Shown: positions 1-10,454, counted from the stretch's first letter. The stretch is DNA of 64,000 bases from an uncultured Chloroflexia bacterium (GCA_963795645.1 CAWCIK010000006.1:1097523-1161522); one strand, 5' to 3'. The notes: generated by a model not told the origin, from the sequence alone. Numbers and translations: made by a program.

Positions 1-95
1 GTCCTGGACACGTACTCGACTCGTGGACTCGTGAAGACGTCGCGCAGCGAGCGACGCAGCTCGGCGGTTCTGACCTCCATCGTGCCCAGGCTCAT
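1..95 (-). CDS. 5' end of an unidentified CDS running off the left edge (MSLGTMEVRTAELRRSLRDVFTSPRVEYVSR...)
   Basis: Two in-frame ATGs on the minus strand (at 95 and 80) open a frame that reaches position 1. It is divergent from the MocA-like gene. Too short to assign a function. Confidence 0.25.
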   Translation of the reverse strand, partial: MSLGTMEVRTAELRRSLRDVFTSPRVEYVSR

Positions 96-192
96 GCGCG
101 CAGCACACCATGGCTGCGCGCGAGCGGCCATAACCCGATCGTCCCGCGCCGGATCGTGCGCCTGCCTACCAACTCCTGGCTACGCTTAGTAA

Positions 193-759
193 GTGCCACC
201 GACCGCGGGCCTGATCCTTGGTGCAGGACTGGCCGTCCGATTTGGCGGGCGCAAGCTGCTGGCACCAATTGACGGCCGGCCGATGCTCCAGCACGTCCTC
301 GATCTCGCCGCGGACGCGGGGCTACTGCCCGTCGTTGTTGTCCTTGGTGCCGACGCTGACGAGATCGAGTCGGCATGCGCGTGGCATTCGGAGCTCCGTG
401 TGCGCAACACTGCGCCAGAGCTGGGCGTTGCTGGTTCGGTTCGCCTGGGGTTGGAGGCTTTGTCCAGGTTCGCCGATACAGAGCGTGCGGTCGTGCTACT
501 GGGCGATCAGCCGTTCCTGACGCTCGAACAGCTCAATTTTGTGCTCGCCGCGACGGGTCAGATCATCGTCCCGCGCTTTGCGGGCGGGCCAGGCAATCCC
601 GTCGTCCTCGACCGGTCCGTATGGGGGATGGCCTTATCGCTGAACGGAGATCGCGGCTTCGCGCAGGTCTTCAGCGCTCATCGCAATCTCGTGACCTACG
701 TCAACGTCCCGGGCATCAACCCGGATGTCAACACACGCGCCGATCTACCGGACCACTAG
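193..759 (+). CDS. mocA: MobA/MocA-like NTP transferase (molybdenum cofactor cytidylyltransferase-like)
   Basis: N-terminal 'GLILGAGLAVRFGG.KLLAPIDGRPML' nucleotide-binding loop and 'LLGDQPF' motif typical of MobA-like NTP transferases. GTG start. Lies next to xanthine dehydrogenase/uricase genes. Confidence 0.7.
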   Translation: MPPTAGLILGAGLAVRFGGRKLLAPIDGRPMLQHVLDLAADAGLLPVVVVLGADADEIESACAWHSELRVRNTAPELGVAGSVRLGLEALSRFADTERAVVLLGDQPFLTLEQLNFVLAATGQIIVPRFAGGPGNPVVLDRSVWGMALSLNGDRGFAQVFSAHRNLVTYVNVPGINPDVNTRADLPDH

Positions 760-829
760 ATCCTCTGCGGATTGCCAGCGATGGCGAGTCCGGCCGCAAC
801 TTGCGCAGCGGCGAGCAGCGGCGGTCAAC

Positions 830-1759
830 TCAATCCCTGCGCAGGACGAGCCCGATGCGGCCGTAGGGCGGACGCGGATCGCAGTAGACCTTCACCCGAT
901 CGTCCGCCTCTGATGACACGGACACGTCCCAGAGCCGGTTCTGGGCCTCGAACGAGACCTCGGCCAGGTGCGGCCAGCGCTCGAGCATGGCATTGCCGAT
1001 CTCGTTGACGAGATGCTGGATCGACAGCGACACGAAGCGATGGAAGACGACCGCGACCAGGTCGGCGACCTGTTCGCCGCAGACGTATCGGGTGTGATCG
1101 GACGCAAGCGCCGAGTCGGGCGTGTCGTACTTCCAGCCGACGTCGAGATGGACGTACAGCGGACGGTCCTTGCGCTCAGGCAGCGTCGTGTACGCGTCAC
1201 GCGCGAAATCGGCAAAGGCGGAGCCGGTGACCTTCATCAACTGCAGGCCCACCCGTCCAGCGCTCAAGCCGGTGACCGCAATGTCACCGGCTTCGGTCCG
1301 CCCGAGCTCCACGGCCGCGGTCGATCGGTCGCCGTGGCGCCGCTCGAAGAGAACGTTGCTCGTTTCCCAGCCGTCGCCGTCGGCCGCCGGTACGAGGGCC
1401 GCCTCGAAGGGGATCTCAACTCCACTGACGCGCAGCCGCTCCATGTGCGGATACGTCTCCAGGAACCGGCGGCCGATGAACGCCAGCCACTCCTCAAGGG
1501 TCGCGCCACCGAACACGAGCGATTCGCGATGAATGAAGTTCTTCATCGTGTCCGTGGCGACGACCAGGCGGTTATCGCCTTCCGTATACGCAGCCATGAA
1601 CGCCGTGCCCAGGACCTGGACCTCGATCTTCGCCGCGAGCAGCGTGTTCGACCTGCCGCCGAACGCAGACTCAGGTATGCGCGTGACGCCGCTCAGCGGC
1701 GCGCCGTATGTGCGGTAAGTCGCAACGTCGGCCTTGCCGTAATAGATCTCCGCCTTCAC
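830..1759 (-). CDS. pucL: Factor-independent urate oxidase (uricase)
   Basis: 309 aa. 'YGKADV..YR', 'VATDTMKNFI' and 'SIQHL' uricase-like segments. GTG start preceded by GAGGAGGG. Its start overlaps the upstream stop (GTGA). Confidence 0.9.
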   Translation of the reverse strand: MKAEIYYGKADVATYRTYGAPLSGVTRIPESAFGGRSNTLLAAKIEVQVLGTAFMAAYTEGDNRLVVATDTMKNFIHRESLVFGGATLEEWLAFIGRRFLETYPHMERLRVSGVEIPFEAALVPAADGDGWETSNVLFERRHGDRSTAAVELGRTEAGDIAVTGLSAGRVGLQLMKVTGSAFADFARDAYTTLPERKDRPLYVHLDVGWKYDTPDSALASDHTRYVCGEQVADLVAVVFHRFVSLSIQHLVNEIGNAMLERWPHLAEVSFEAQNRLWDVSVSSEADDRVKVYCDPRPPYGRIGLVLRRD

Positions 1760-2425
1760 TGACCCTCCTCGCCGATCGGCGACTGCCGACGGTCACCATC
1801 GACCCACAACACGCGATAGTCGATCTGTGGCTTGTGCAGGTTGGCTCGTTCGCTGCGACCCGCGATGCGATAACCCCACGATTGCACCAGGACCTCGGTC
1901 GGGCGCTCGTCGAGTTGTTCGTTGAAAACACCGATGATCACTCGGTCCGCCTGGGCGAGCACATTCTCGACCAGCTGCCGCCGACGGAGCGGCGGGACGT
2001 AGTCGAGGTTGGTCCGCGCATAGTCGAAGCGGCGTCCCGACTGCCAGGTGAGGGCGTTACCAACATCCAAGTGGTCCGCGGGGCCCGGCAATCGCTGCCG
2101 CGCGCGAGCGATGAGCTCGGGCGAGATATCCAGTCCGAAGAGCTCGAGTCGTTGCCCCGTCCAGCGCGGCAGGCACTCTCCCGGGCTTGTCGATGGCGTG
2201 TGCGATGTGGCTGCGCGAGTAGTCCCAGTCCGCGGCCGTCCCAGATTTGCCCGAGCCCGCCCACGGCGTGTCAGCGCGCAGGTATGGCTCGGTCACAAGC
2301 TCGGACATCGCATCGAACCACTCCTGCTCGTCGATCTCGCCGCGAACGAGCCGCTCGTCGATGTCTGCGACCTCGCGCCATGCCCGTTCCTTGAGCGCGG
2401 CGTAGGGATCGTCGGTCGTCGTCAT
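1756..2425 (-). pseudogene. Class I SAM-dependent methyltransferase, disrupted (frameshift/internal deletion)
   Basis: Two ORFs (2425..2057 and 2091..1756) in different frames together resemble one methyltransferase. Extending the second frame upstream gives '...ECLPRWTGQRLELFGLDISPELIARARQRLPGPADHLDVGNALTW'. The first frame stops making sense after '...IAHAIDKPG'. The glycine-rich SAM motif I expected between them is absent. Confidence 0.55.
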
Positions 2426-2874
2426 GCGTCGGTCGCCCGCGAGCGCGCGATGGCAACGACATCGCGCAGGGCACGCACCGTTTCGCTCGTGCGGTCCGCG
2501 TCCATGTGGCTGGCAATCTCATCGGCAATCTCCGCGCGAGATCGGCCGTTGACTAACATGACGAAACGAAATCCGAAGCGTTGTTCGTAGTCGTCGTTGA
2601 GCCGGTCGAGCCGCTCCTGGAGCTCAGCCGTGCCGGCGTCCGTGTCGTAACCCTGCTCGCGATAGGAATGTGCGCTGACGCTCGTCGCGTCCGCGCCGAT
2701 CCGCGGGTGAGCGTCAATCAGCTCGATCTGCTCGTCCTCGGGCATCGCCAGCGCAGTCCACACCGCCTGGTCGAACAGGTCGTCCCATGAGCCCGCGTCG
2801 ATTGCCACCAGGCGGTCGACGAAGCGTGGAGCGCCCTCGAACAGAATCGTCAGAATCGAGCGCTCGGCACGCAT
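2422..2874 (-). CDS. uraD: 2-oxo-4-hydroxy-4-carboxy-5-ureidoimidazoline (OHCU) decarboxylase
   Basis: 'LIDAHPRIGA', 'S..EQG' and 'Y..RFGFRFVM.VNGRS' motifs. I chose the ATG at 2874; the longer ORF to 3075 would overlap the HIU hydrolase. ATGA overlap with the downstream gene. Confidence 0.85.
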   Translation of the reverse strand: MRAERSILTILFEGAPRFVDRLVAIDAGSWDDLFDQAVWTALAMPEDEQIELIDAHPRIGADATSVSAHSYREQGYDTDAGTAELQERLDRLNDDYEQRFGFRFVMLVNGRSRAEIADEIASHMDADRTSETVRALRDVVAIARSRATDA

Positions 2875-2884
2875 CCGTCGCTGC

Positions 2885-3205
2885 TCAGCTGCCGCGATAG
2901 CTGGCGATCGAGTAGGGCGCGATGAGCAGCGGCACGTGATAGCTGCGCGTCGGATCGACGACCTTGAAGGCGAGCGCGACCGTGCCGAAAAACGCCCCGG
3001 AAAGGCGAAACTCGATGCGATAGTCGCCGCGCTCGAGGTCGTCGCCGAGCAGCCGCACGACGCGGCCGTCGTCATCGGTCAGCTGGCGCCCGACCTCTCT
3101 GTCTCCGCCGGGCGCAATGCGGTACAGAACGACCTCGATCCCCTGAGCGGGCGCGCCGCGCTCCGTGTCGAGAACGTGGGTCGAGACGGTCGGTTTCTCG
3201 TCCAT
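2885..3205 (-). CDS. uraH: 5-hydroxyisourate hydrolase (transthyretin-like)
   Basis: 'STHVLD...G.PA.G' N-terminus and the diagnostic C-terminal 'YRGS'. Start taken at 'MDEKPTVSTHVLD'. Confidence 0.9.
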   Translation of the reverse strand: MDEKPTVSTHVLDTERGAPAQGIEVVLYRIAPGGDREVGRQLTDDDGRVVRLLGDDLERGDYRIEFRLSGAFFGTVALAFKVVDPTRSYHVPLLIAPYSIASYRGS

Positions 3206-3256
3206 CAGCCTCCTGCACAATGCGCCGGGCTTGCACGCCTCGCTACGCTGCGCGCC

Positions 3257-3697
3257 ATGACAGACCTGTCGATCCGCGTGGGCGACCTCAACTTTACCGC
3301 CCGGTGGGAGCCAGATGCGTCAGAGACGTGCGCGGCGATGCGCGACCTCCTGCCGCTACGTTCCAGGCTCATCCACTGCCGCTGGAGCGGCGAGGGCTGC
3401 TGGATCCCGTTCGGCGACGAAAAGCTGTCGGTCGGCTACGAGAACCACACTTCGCATCCCGCCCCAGGCGAGATCATTGTTTACACCGGTGACCTATCCG
3501 AAGGCGAGATCCTCATCGCCTATGGCGCAGTCACCTTTTCGTCGAAGCTCGGCCAGCTGGCCGGCAACCACTTCGCGACGATCGTGTCGGCGAGCGGCGA
3601 TGACAACCGCGACTCGATCCGCGAGATGCTGCTCGAGATGGGCCGCCGCGCACTGTGGGACGGTGCCCAGGAGATCGTCATCGAGGAGATCGGCTGA
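3257..3697 (+). CDS. DUF3830-like (cyclophilin-like fold) protein of unknown function
   Basis: 146 aa from the ATG at 3257 (MTDLSIRVGDLNFTARWEPDASETCAAMRDLLPL..). The longer track ORF runs antisense to uraH and was rejected. Family assignment is from memory. Confidence 0.55.
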   Translation: MTDLSIRVGDLNFTARWEPDASETCAAMRDLLPLRSRLIHCRWSGEGCWIPFGDEKLSVGYENHTSHPAPGEIIVYTGDLSEGEILIAYGAVTFSSKLGQLAGNHFATIVSASGDDNRDSIREMLLEMGRRALWDGAQEIVIEEIG

Positions 3698-3720
3698 GGC
3701 CTTATCCAATTGGCTGAAAT

Positions 3721-4242
3721 TTGACGACGATCCGACCGCTCACGCGAGCCGACCGAGGTCGGCTCGCGACTTTCCTGACCGCAAGCTGGGGCTCGACCCG
3801 AATGGCGACGCGTGGGCGACTCGTTGACGTAAGCGCCGCTCCCGGATTCGTGGCCGAGGAAGACGGGGTGTGGCTCGGCCATGTGGGCTACGAGGTCGAA
3901 GGCCCGCAGATGGAGATCGTCAGCGTCGGGTCGCTGAGACGCGGCAAGGGCATCGCAAGTGCGCTGATTGCGCGCTGTGTCCAGGTGGCGATCGAGGGCG
4001 ACTGTCGGCGCCTGTGGCTGATCACGACCAACGACAATCTCGACGCCGTGCGCTTCTATCAGCGGCGCGGCTTCGTGCTGGTCGCCGTCCATCGCGACGC
4101 GGTGACCGACGCGCGGCAGACGCTCAAGCCCGAGATCGGCGAGACCGGAGAGCATGGCATCCCAATCCGCGACGAGATCGAGCTCGAGCTGCCTCACGCG
4201 ATCTGGAACGACTTCGTGGAGCGCTGCTCGTGGCGCGACTGA
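3721..4242 (+). CDS. GNAT family N-acetyltransferase
   Basis: 'RRGKGIASALI' acetyl-CoA P-loop-like motif (R/Q-x-x-G-x-G/A) and 'A..FYQRRGF'. TTG start. Confidence 0.8.
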   Translation: MTTIRPLTRADRGRLATFLTASWGSTRMATRGRLVDVSAAPGFVAEEDGVWLGHVGYEVEGPQMEIVSVGSLRRGKGIASALIARCVQVAIEGDCRRLWLITTNDNLDAVRFYQRRGFVLVAVHRDAVTDARQTLKPEIGETGEHGIPIRDEIELELPHAIWNDFVERCSWRD

Positions 4243-5612
4243 TCGTTCGTGGCGGCATGGTCGTGACGGCCCAGGGGCGTGCAACGGCGGACGTGGCGAT
4301 CGAGGATGGAAGAATCACGGCCGTTGGACCGGCGCTGCCGAACGATGCCGATGCGCGCGAGATCGACGCCGCCGGCCTGCTCGTGCTGCCGGGCGTCATC
4401 GACGTTCACACGCACACTCGAGTCGCGACCGACTCCCAGCCCGATCGCTTCTTCCAGGACTCTGTCGCCGCGGCCTACGGCGGCACGACGACCTTTCTTG
4501 CGTTCAACAATCCGGGCACGGGCTCCGAGCAGACCGGTTCACTGCCCACGGATATCGCTGCCTGGCGCCGACAAACCGACTCTGATGCCGCGGTCGACTA
4601 CGGGCTCAGCCTCGTCCTCCAGCCGGTCCACCGCGACCTCGAGCGAGAGATCCCGGCCGCGATCGACGCCGGAGTGCCGACCTTCAAGGCGTTCATGGTC
4701 TACGACTTCGCTCTGCCTGCGCCGGCAATGGACGCTGCGCTGCGCGCCACGGCCGATCACAAAGGATTGCTGGAGGTACACGGCGAGGACAAAGCCGCGC
4801 TCGAGGCCAACACCGCCATGCTCCTGGCCGACGGCAAGACCGCGCCGCGCTTTCACGCTGAGTCACGGCCGCCGTACGTAGAGGCGGCCGGGGCGAGGCG
4901 GGCGATCGAGATGGCGCGTGCTGCCGGCGCCGCTGTCTATTTCGTCCACGTTTCGTCTCGGGCCGCTCTGGACGAGATCGGCCGCGCGCGCGCCGCCGGC
5001 GAGTCCGTCTTCGCCGAGACGTGCCCGCACTTCCTCGCACTCGACGACTCGCGCTACGACTCAGCGGACGCCGAGTGCGCCAAATACGTCATCTCACCGC
5101 CCTTGCGGGCGCCTGAGGACTGCGGCGCGCTGTGGGACGCGCTCCGCGATGGCGGCCTCGATCTCGTGGCCACGGATCATGTCCCTGACCGCCTGGCCGT
5201 CGAAAAGCGGCTGACCGGCCGGGCCTTTCCCGAAATCGGCAACGGGGCGCCGGGCATCGAGACATTGCTGGCGATCGTGTACAGCGAAGGCGTTCAGCGC
5301 GGGCGTGTCAGCGTTGAGCGAATGGTCGACGTGCTGTCGACCGCGCCCGCGCGCCTATTCGGGCTGAACTCGAAAGGCTCGATCGAGCCGGGCAAGGACG
5401 CGGATCTCGTCCTGTTCGACCCGCAGGAGCGGCGCACGATCACGCAAACGGAGCTGCATCACACGAGCGACTACACGCCATACGAGGGCCTTGCCGCGGC
5501 GGGAATCGTGCGCAGCGTGCTCGTGCGCGGGGAGTACGTGATCCGCGACGGCCGTTTCGTCGGCCGTCGCGGCCACGGCCGTTTCCAGGAGCGCCAGCTG
5601 ACCTGGCACTAG
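4230..5612 (+). CDS. Cyclic amidohydrolase of the dihydropyrimidinase/D-hydantoinase family (candidate allantoin-ring hydrolase in this context)
   Basis: 'DVHTH' metal motif, 'FKAFMVY' (carbamylated Lys), 'HGED', 'ISPPLR' and 'ATDHVP'. A GTG at 4230 overlaps the GNAT stop; an ATG at 4257 is the alternative start. The track ORF from 3870 is an artefactual extension. Confidence 0.85.
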   Translation: MARLIVRGGMVVTAQGRATADVAIEDGRITAVGPALPNDADAREIDAAGLLVLPGVIDVHTHTRVATDSQPDRFFQDSVAAAYGGTTTFLAFNNPGTGSEQTGSLPTDIAAWRRQTDSDAAVDYGLSLVLQPVHRDLEREIPAAIDAGVPTFKAFMVYDFALPAPAMDAALRATADHKGLLEVHGEDKAALEANTAMLLADGKTAPRFHAESRPPYVEAAGARRAIEMARAAGAAVYFVHVSSRAALDEIGRARAAGESVFAETCPHFLALDDSRYDSADAECAKYVISPPLRAPEDCGALWDALRDGGLDLVATDHVPDRLAVEKRLTGRAFPEIGNGAPGIETLLAIVYSEGVQRGRVSVERMVDVLSTAPARLFGLNSKGSIEPGKDADLVLFDPQERRTITQTELHHTSDYTPYEGLAAAGIVRSVLVRGEYVIRDGRFVGRRGHGRFQERQLTWH

Positions 5613-5618
5613 CAACGA

Positions 5619-5642
5619 AGGGCGAGCTCTCGAATTCGCCCT
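5619..5642. terminator. Hairpin between convergent genes (possible bidirectional terminator)
   Basis: AGGGCGA (5619-5625) pairs with TCGCCCT (5636-5642). No clear U-tract. Confidence 0.3.
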
Positions 5643-5667
5643 GAAGCGCTCAAGAGTCGGGCGACTC

Positions 5668-6213
5668 CTAGACCACTTGGACGCCTGGCCAGCGGCGTGC
5701 GACGTTCTTGCGGGCCAGGCGGCGCCGAGCCTCGGCCAGCGTGACGCGACTTGGATTGCGCCGCCAGATCCCGTCCAGGAGATCGTCGAGACCAAGCGGC
5801 GCGATGACATCCATGGATCCAGCATCGGTGAGTCGAACGGCCACCGAGGTTGCAAACTCTGGCCACGTCGCTACGGCCTCCTCGATCGAGGCGAGCGGAG
5901 CCACGGCTAGCCCGAAATAGCCCTCGAACCATTCGTGCACGCGCGCCTGGTTGGTGACTTCCCAGATAGGGCCAGGAAGAAGCGTTTCCAGGCGCCCCTG
6001 GAGACCGCCCTCGCCACCGCCGGTGGCATCCGCGGCGTCGAAGTACACGACATCGATGTCCTTGACGTTGGTTGCGGCGAAGCCGGCGCCGTATTGCGCG
6101 TCCCACACGACGTCACGGATGACACCCGCCCCAATCCATGCCTGCGGTGGGGCCGCCGCGCGCACTGCCTCAAGAACCGTTTGAAGCCAAACGTTTGACT
6201 CGAGCAGCGCCAC
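5668..6213 (-). CDS. Nucleotidyltransferase family protein (NTP_transf_6/DUF925-like)
   Basis: 'GAGVIRDVVWD......DIDVVYFD' and 'WEVTNQARVH' motifs. GTG start. Confidence 0.6.
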   Translation of the reverse strand: MALLESNVWLQTVLEAVRAAAPPQAWIGAGVIRDVVWDAQYGAGFAATNVKDIDVVYFDAADATGGGEGGLQGRLETLLPGPIWEVTNQARVHEWFEGYFGLAVAPLASIEEAVATWPEFATSVAVRLTDAGSMDVIAPLGLDDLLDGIWRRNPSRVTLAEARRRLARKNVARRWPGVQVV

Positions 6214-6251
6214 CAGCTCCGCGGCTCTCGGAACTGTCGCATAGCCGGTCG

Positions 6252-7787
6252 TCAGGACAGTTCCTCATAAGCAGGCAGGGTCAGGAACTCGAGGAAGTCG
6301 TCGGACAGGGCGACTCTCTCGAAGAGGGCCGCAGCCTGCGCGTCGTGAGAGCGCCATGGCTCGATGGCGGCCAGGACCTCCTCGCGCGAGAACCTGCCGG
6401 TCCTGACCCACTGCCACACCTGCGAGCGTGAGATCTCGGCGGTGGCCGCGTCCTCCATAAGGTTGTCGAGCGCAGCGGCCCCGACGCCGTCCAGCCACGA
6501 TGCGATGTAGCGAATGCCGACCGATACGTTGGTCGTCAAACCCGCATCAGTAATCACGCCGCCCGGCACTTCGAAGTTCGTCAAATCGGCCGCGGCAACG
6601 TGCACGTCTTCACGCTGCCTGTATTTCTGGTTGGGCTTGTCACCGAGCGCGCGGTCGAAGACATCAGCGACGACCGGCACGAGGTCCGGATGGGCGACCC
6701 ACGTGCCGTCGAAGCCGTCGCCTGCCTCGCGCTCCTTGTCTTCGCGCACCTTGGCCAGCGCGTTCTCGTTGACCTCCGGCTCGCGTCGGTTGGGGATGAA
6801 CGCGCTCATGCCGCCCATCGCGTGGGCTCCGCGCCGGTGGCAGGTCTTCACGAGCAGCTGCGTATACGCACGCATGAACGGCACCCCCATCGTCACCTGG
6901 GCTCGATCGGGCAGGACCGCGCGCGACGGATCGGACGAGAACGCCTTGATGATCGAGAAGATGTAGTCCCAGCGACCGGCGTTGAGGCCGGCGGCGTGAT
7001 CGCGCAGCTCGTACAGGATCTCGTCCATCTCGAACGCGGCCCAGATCGTCTCGATCAGCACCGTCGCTCGGATTGAGCCGTGCGCGATACCGGCCTCTTC
7101 CTGCGCCCAGACGAATACGTCGTTCCACAGTCGCGCCTCTCGATGCGATTGCAGCTTGGGCAGGTAGAAGTAGGGCCCCGATTCACGGCGCAGCAGCTCG
7201 GTGCCGTTGTGAAACAGGTACAGCCCGAAGTCGAACAGCGACGCGGAAACCGGCGCGCCATCGACCTCGACATGTCGCTCGACGAGATGCCATCCGCGCG
7301 GTCTGACCAATAGCGTCGCGACCTGCTCGTTGAGCCGGTACGTCTTGCCCTCGGGCGATCGGAACTCAAGGACGCGTCGCACAGCGTCCTCGAGCGCCGC
7401 TTGGCCGCCTATGACATTCGTCCAAGTCGGCGACAGTGCGTCCTCGAAGTCGGCCATGAACACCTTCGCGCCACTGTTGAGTGCGTTGATGGTCATCTTG
7501 GCCTCGGCCGGTCCGGTGATCTCGACGCGGCGGTCGTTCAGGTCGGCGGGAGTGGCGGCAACGTGCCAGTCGGCATCGCGAACGTGGGATGTCTCAGCCA
7601 GGAAACCGAGCTGCTCGCCGCCTGCGAGCCGCGCGGCGCGATCGCGCCGCGCGGCGAGGATCTCCTGACGCCGCGGCTCGAACTCGCGCGCCAGCCGCGC
7701 AACGAAGTCGAGTGCATCCGACGTGAGCACGCGCTCCATGCCCGGCACGACCGGGCCACCCACATCCGCCCGCGAGGAGGAGCTCAC
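6252..7787 (-). CDS. aceB: Malate synthase A
   Basis: 'RRVEITGP', '[26 protein letters not shown]' and '[12 protein letters not shown]' malate synthase A signatures. A GTG at 7787 overlaps the upstream stop (GTGA); the ATG at 7739 is the alternative. Confidence 0.9.
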   Translation of the reverse strand: MSSSSRADVGGPVVPGMERVLTSDALDFVARLAREFEPRRQEILAARRDRAARLAGGEQLGFLAETSHVRDADWHVAATPADLNDRRVEITGPAEAKMTINALNSGAKVFMADFEDALSPTWTNVIGGQAALEDAVRRVLEFRSPEGKTYRLNEQVATLLVRPRGWHLVERHVEVDGAPVSASLFDFGLYLFHNGTELLRRESGPYFYLPKLQSHREARLWNDVFVWAQEEAGIAHGSIRATVLIETIWAAFEMDEILYELRDHAAGLNAGRWDYIFSIIKAFSSDPSRAVLPDRAQVTMGVPFMRAYTQLLVKTCHRRGAHAMGGMSAFIPNRREPEVNENALAKVREDKEREAGDGFDGTWVAHPDLVPVVADVFDRALGDKPNQKYRQREDVHVAAADLTNFEVPGGVITDAGLTTNVSVGIRYIASWLDGVGAAALDNLMEDAATAEISRSQVWQWVRTGRFSREEVLAAIEPWRSHDAQAAALFERVALSDDFLEFLTLPAYEELS

Positions 7788-8380
7788 TTCTGACTCATCC
7801 TGGGCATGTTCGCCATGTCTATCGGGTTGCCCGAGCCGTGCACGGCGATCAACGCGTCCAGCCGCCGGATCCTCGTCTCCTCGCGTTTTGCGGTCATGAC
7901 CCACCACTTCGCCTGCCGGCGATAACCAGGTGGCTGCCGATTCCACGAAGCCCATGCCTCCGGACTGGCCTGGAAGCGCGCCTCAAGGTCCGCTGACAGG
8001 TCGAGTTCGGGGTTCTCAGCGGAGTAGACGCCAGTTCGATCGGCGCGTCGGGCCTCGTAAGCGGCAAGCCCAGAGGGCTGCACGCGGCCCGCTGCGATGA
8101 GCTCATCCATGCGCTTGACGTTGACGTTGCTCCAGACGCTTCCCTTGCGCCGCGGCGTGAACCGGATCGCGTGCGACCTGTCATCTATGCCACCAAGCTG
8201 GCCGTCGATCCAGCCGAAGCAGAGCGCCTCCTCGACGGCATCTGGATAGCTCAGCGCTGAGATCCCAGCCGCCTTCTTGTAGAAGCCGACCCATTGGAAG
8301 CTCTTCGAAGCATGGTTCTCGGCAAGCCAAGAGTGGAACTTTTCGCGCGAGTCGAAGATGAGGACGTCCTCTGGTTTCAC
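7784..8380 (-). CDS. YdeI/OmpD-associated family protein
   Basis: 'F.S..EFH.WL..NH', '[16 protein letters not shown]' and '[11 protein letters not shown]' motifs. GTG at 8380. Confidence 0.7.
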   Translation of the reverse strand: MKPEDVLIFDSREKFHSWLAENHASKSFQWVGFYKKAAGISALSYPDAVEEALCFGWIDGQLGGIDDRSHAIRFTPRRKGSVWSNVNVKRMDELIAAGRVQPSGLAAYEARRADRTGVYSAENPELDLSADLEARFQASPEAWASWNRQPPGYRRQAKWWVMTAKREETRIRRLDALIAVHGSGNPIDMANMPRMSQK

Positions 8381-8396
8381 TCGCTGGCGGCGCTGG

Positions 8397-9107
8397 CTAT
8401 GCCGGTGGATCGACCGGACAGGTGCAGTCCACGGCCGTGACGACATAGTCGAAGCCCGTCTGGAGCTGCGCGTTATCCACCGATTGGGGTCCCCAGCTCA
8501 GGCGCTGAAGGGAGCCGTCTGCGTCTGAGATCCAGACGTCGGCCGCCCAATCGGCAGGGGCCAGGTTCATCGGCGCGACGATGCTTTGGACGGTGCTTTC
8601 AGCGAGACGATAGTGCTTCGTGGCGACACCACCGACCGTGTCCGAACCAACGAGCGCGAACACATAGTCATTGCTCTGCGCGGACTGGGCAAGGCCATCG
8701 AGGTAGTAGGGCTGGAACTGGGACAGGGCGGCCGTGTCGCTGGCCGTCGTCTGGGTGTATGAGCCGGTGCCCGCGTCGTACCACACGTCGTTGCCGATCT
8801 GGACGTAGCGCAAGTCACCCTGACCGCTGCGACTGAAGGTTGCGCTGACGGCCGTCTGGGGCTGACTGCGCTGCGTGCCAACGATCTGTTGCGAATAGTT
8901 CGGCGTTCCGGATTCGTACGTCGTAACCGTGAACTGGAATGAGTCGTTTGCCTTGAGCGTCGCGACGGCAGCCTGGATGCCGGCGGTGTCGAGCTGATCA
9001 CCCTGTGCGCCGCCGGTCGGCGCCGCCGGTGAAGCAGCAGTGCCGCCGCACGCGAGCACGAGCAACGCTGCGACAGCCAGAGCGCTTCTTGTCATCGGAA
9101 CTCTCAT
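8397..9107 (-). CDS. Lipoprotein of unknown function
   Basis: Signal peptide with lipobox 'LLVLAC|GG'. The start lies 1 nt after the XDH FAD-subunit stop. Confidence 0.6.
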   Translation of the reverse strand: MRVPMTRSALAVAALLVLACGGTAASPAAPTGGAQGDQLDTAGIQAAVATLKANDSFQFTVTTYESGTPNYSQQIVGTQRSQPQTAVSATFSRSGQGDLRYVQIGNDVWYDAGTGSYTQTTASDTAALSQFQPYYLDGLAQSAQSNDYVFALVGSDTVGGVATKHYRLAESTVQSIVAPMNLAPADWAADVWISDADGSLQRLSWGPQSVDNAQLQTGFDYVVTAVDCTCPVDPPA

Positions 9108-9108
9108 G

Positions 9109-9968
9109 TCACCAGCCACCTGCCTCCCTCAGCATGCGATGGAGAACTCGCGCCGTGACGACTCGACGATAGTCGGCCGTTGAACGGACGTCGTCTATAG
9201 GGTGGACCTCTCCGGCAATTATCGCGGTCGCATGGTCGGCGGTCGACTCGCGCGGCGCGGCGCCCTCGAGCACACGCTCGGTGTCGAAGACCCAAATCGG
9301 CGTTGGCGCGACCGACCCGACGGCCAGCCGGACATCGCGCCACACGCCGCCATCCTCGCGCCACGCGAGCGCCATGACGACCTTCGATATCGCCTGAGCC
9401 CTGCGCGTCCCGACCTTTCGGAAGCGCACCTGTCGCCCCGCCGGCAGTGGAATGCGAATTGCCGTCACCAGCTCGTCGGGGCTGCGCGCCGTGACGCGAT
9501 ACGAAGGCCAGAACTCGGCCGCGGGAACGGCGCGCTCACGGCCGGCGCTGCGCAGCACGATCTCAGCGTCCGTCGCCAGCAGCACCGGCAGGGTGTCGCC
9601 GGCCGGAGATGCGTTGACGACATTGCCGCCGATCGTGCCCCGGTTCTGGATCTGTGCCGCACCGATGGTCGCCGCGCACTCGGCGAGCGCCGGCAAATGT
9701 GTCGCGATCAATTCGGAGGCGCGTATCTCGCTATACGTCGCGAGCGCGCCAACGCGAAGGTGGCCGTCACCGAGCGAGATGCCGCGCAGCTCGTCGAGAT
9801 GCCAGATATCCAGGACCCGCTCCGGGAGCGGTCCAAGCTCGCCTGTGATCTGCACCATCAGGTCCGTGCCGCCGGCCATCGGCCGCAGGCCGTTGCCAGC
9901 GGCCAGCAGGCCCAGGGCCTCCTCGAGCGACCGTGGCGAGAGAACCGGTGGCTCCGCAGGAGCGGGCA

Positions 9969-9969
<1 letters not shown>
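9109..9969 (-). CDS. Xanthine dehydrogenase family, FAD-binding subunit (CoxM/XdhB-like)
   Basis: 'AGGTDL', 'IQNRGTIGGN..NASPAGD' and 'D.RSTADYRR' motifs. The ATG at 9969 overlaps the 2Fe-2S subunit stop (ATGA). The track ORF to 10653 is an extension. Confidence 0.9.

Positions 9970-10453
<484 letters not shown>

Positions 10454-10454
<1 letters not shown>

Noticed and set aside
3870-4229. N-terminal extension of the hydantoinase ORF
   Set aside because: It overlaps the GNAT gene out of frame. The conserved amidohydrolase N-terminus ('LIVRGGMVV..') begins at 4230.
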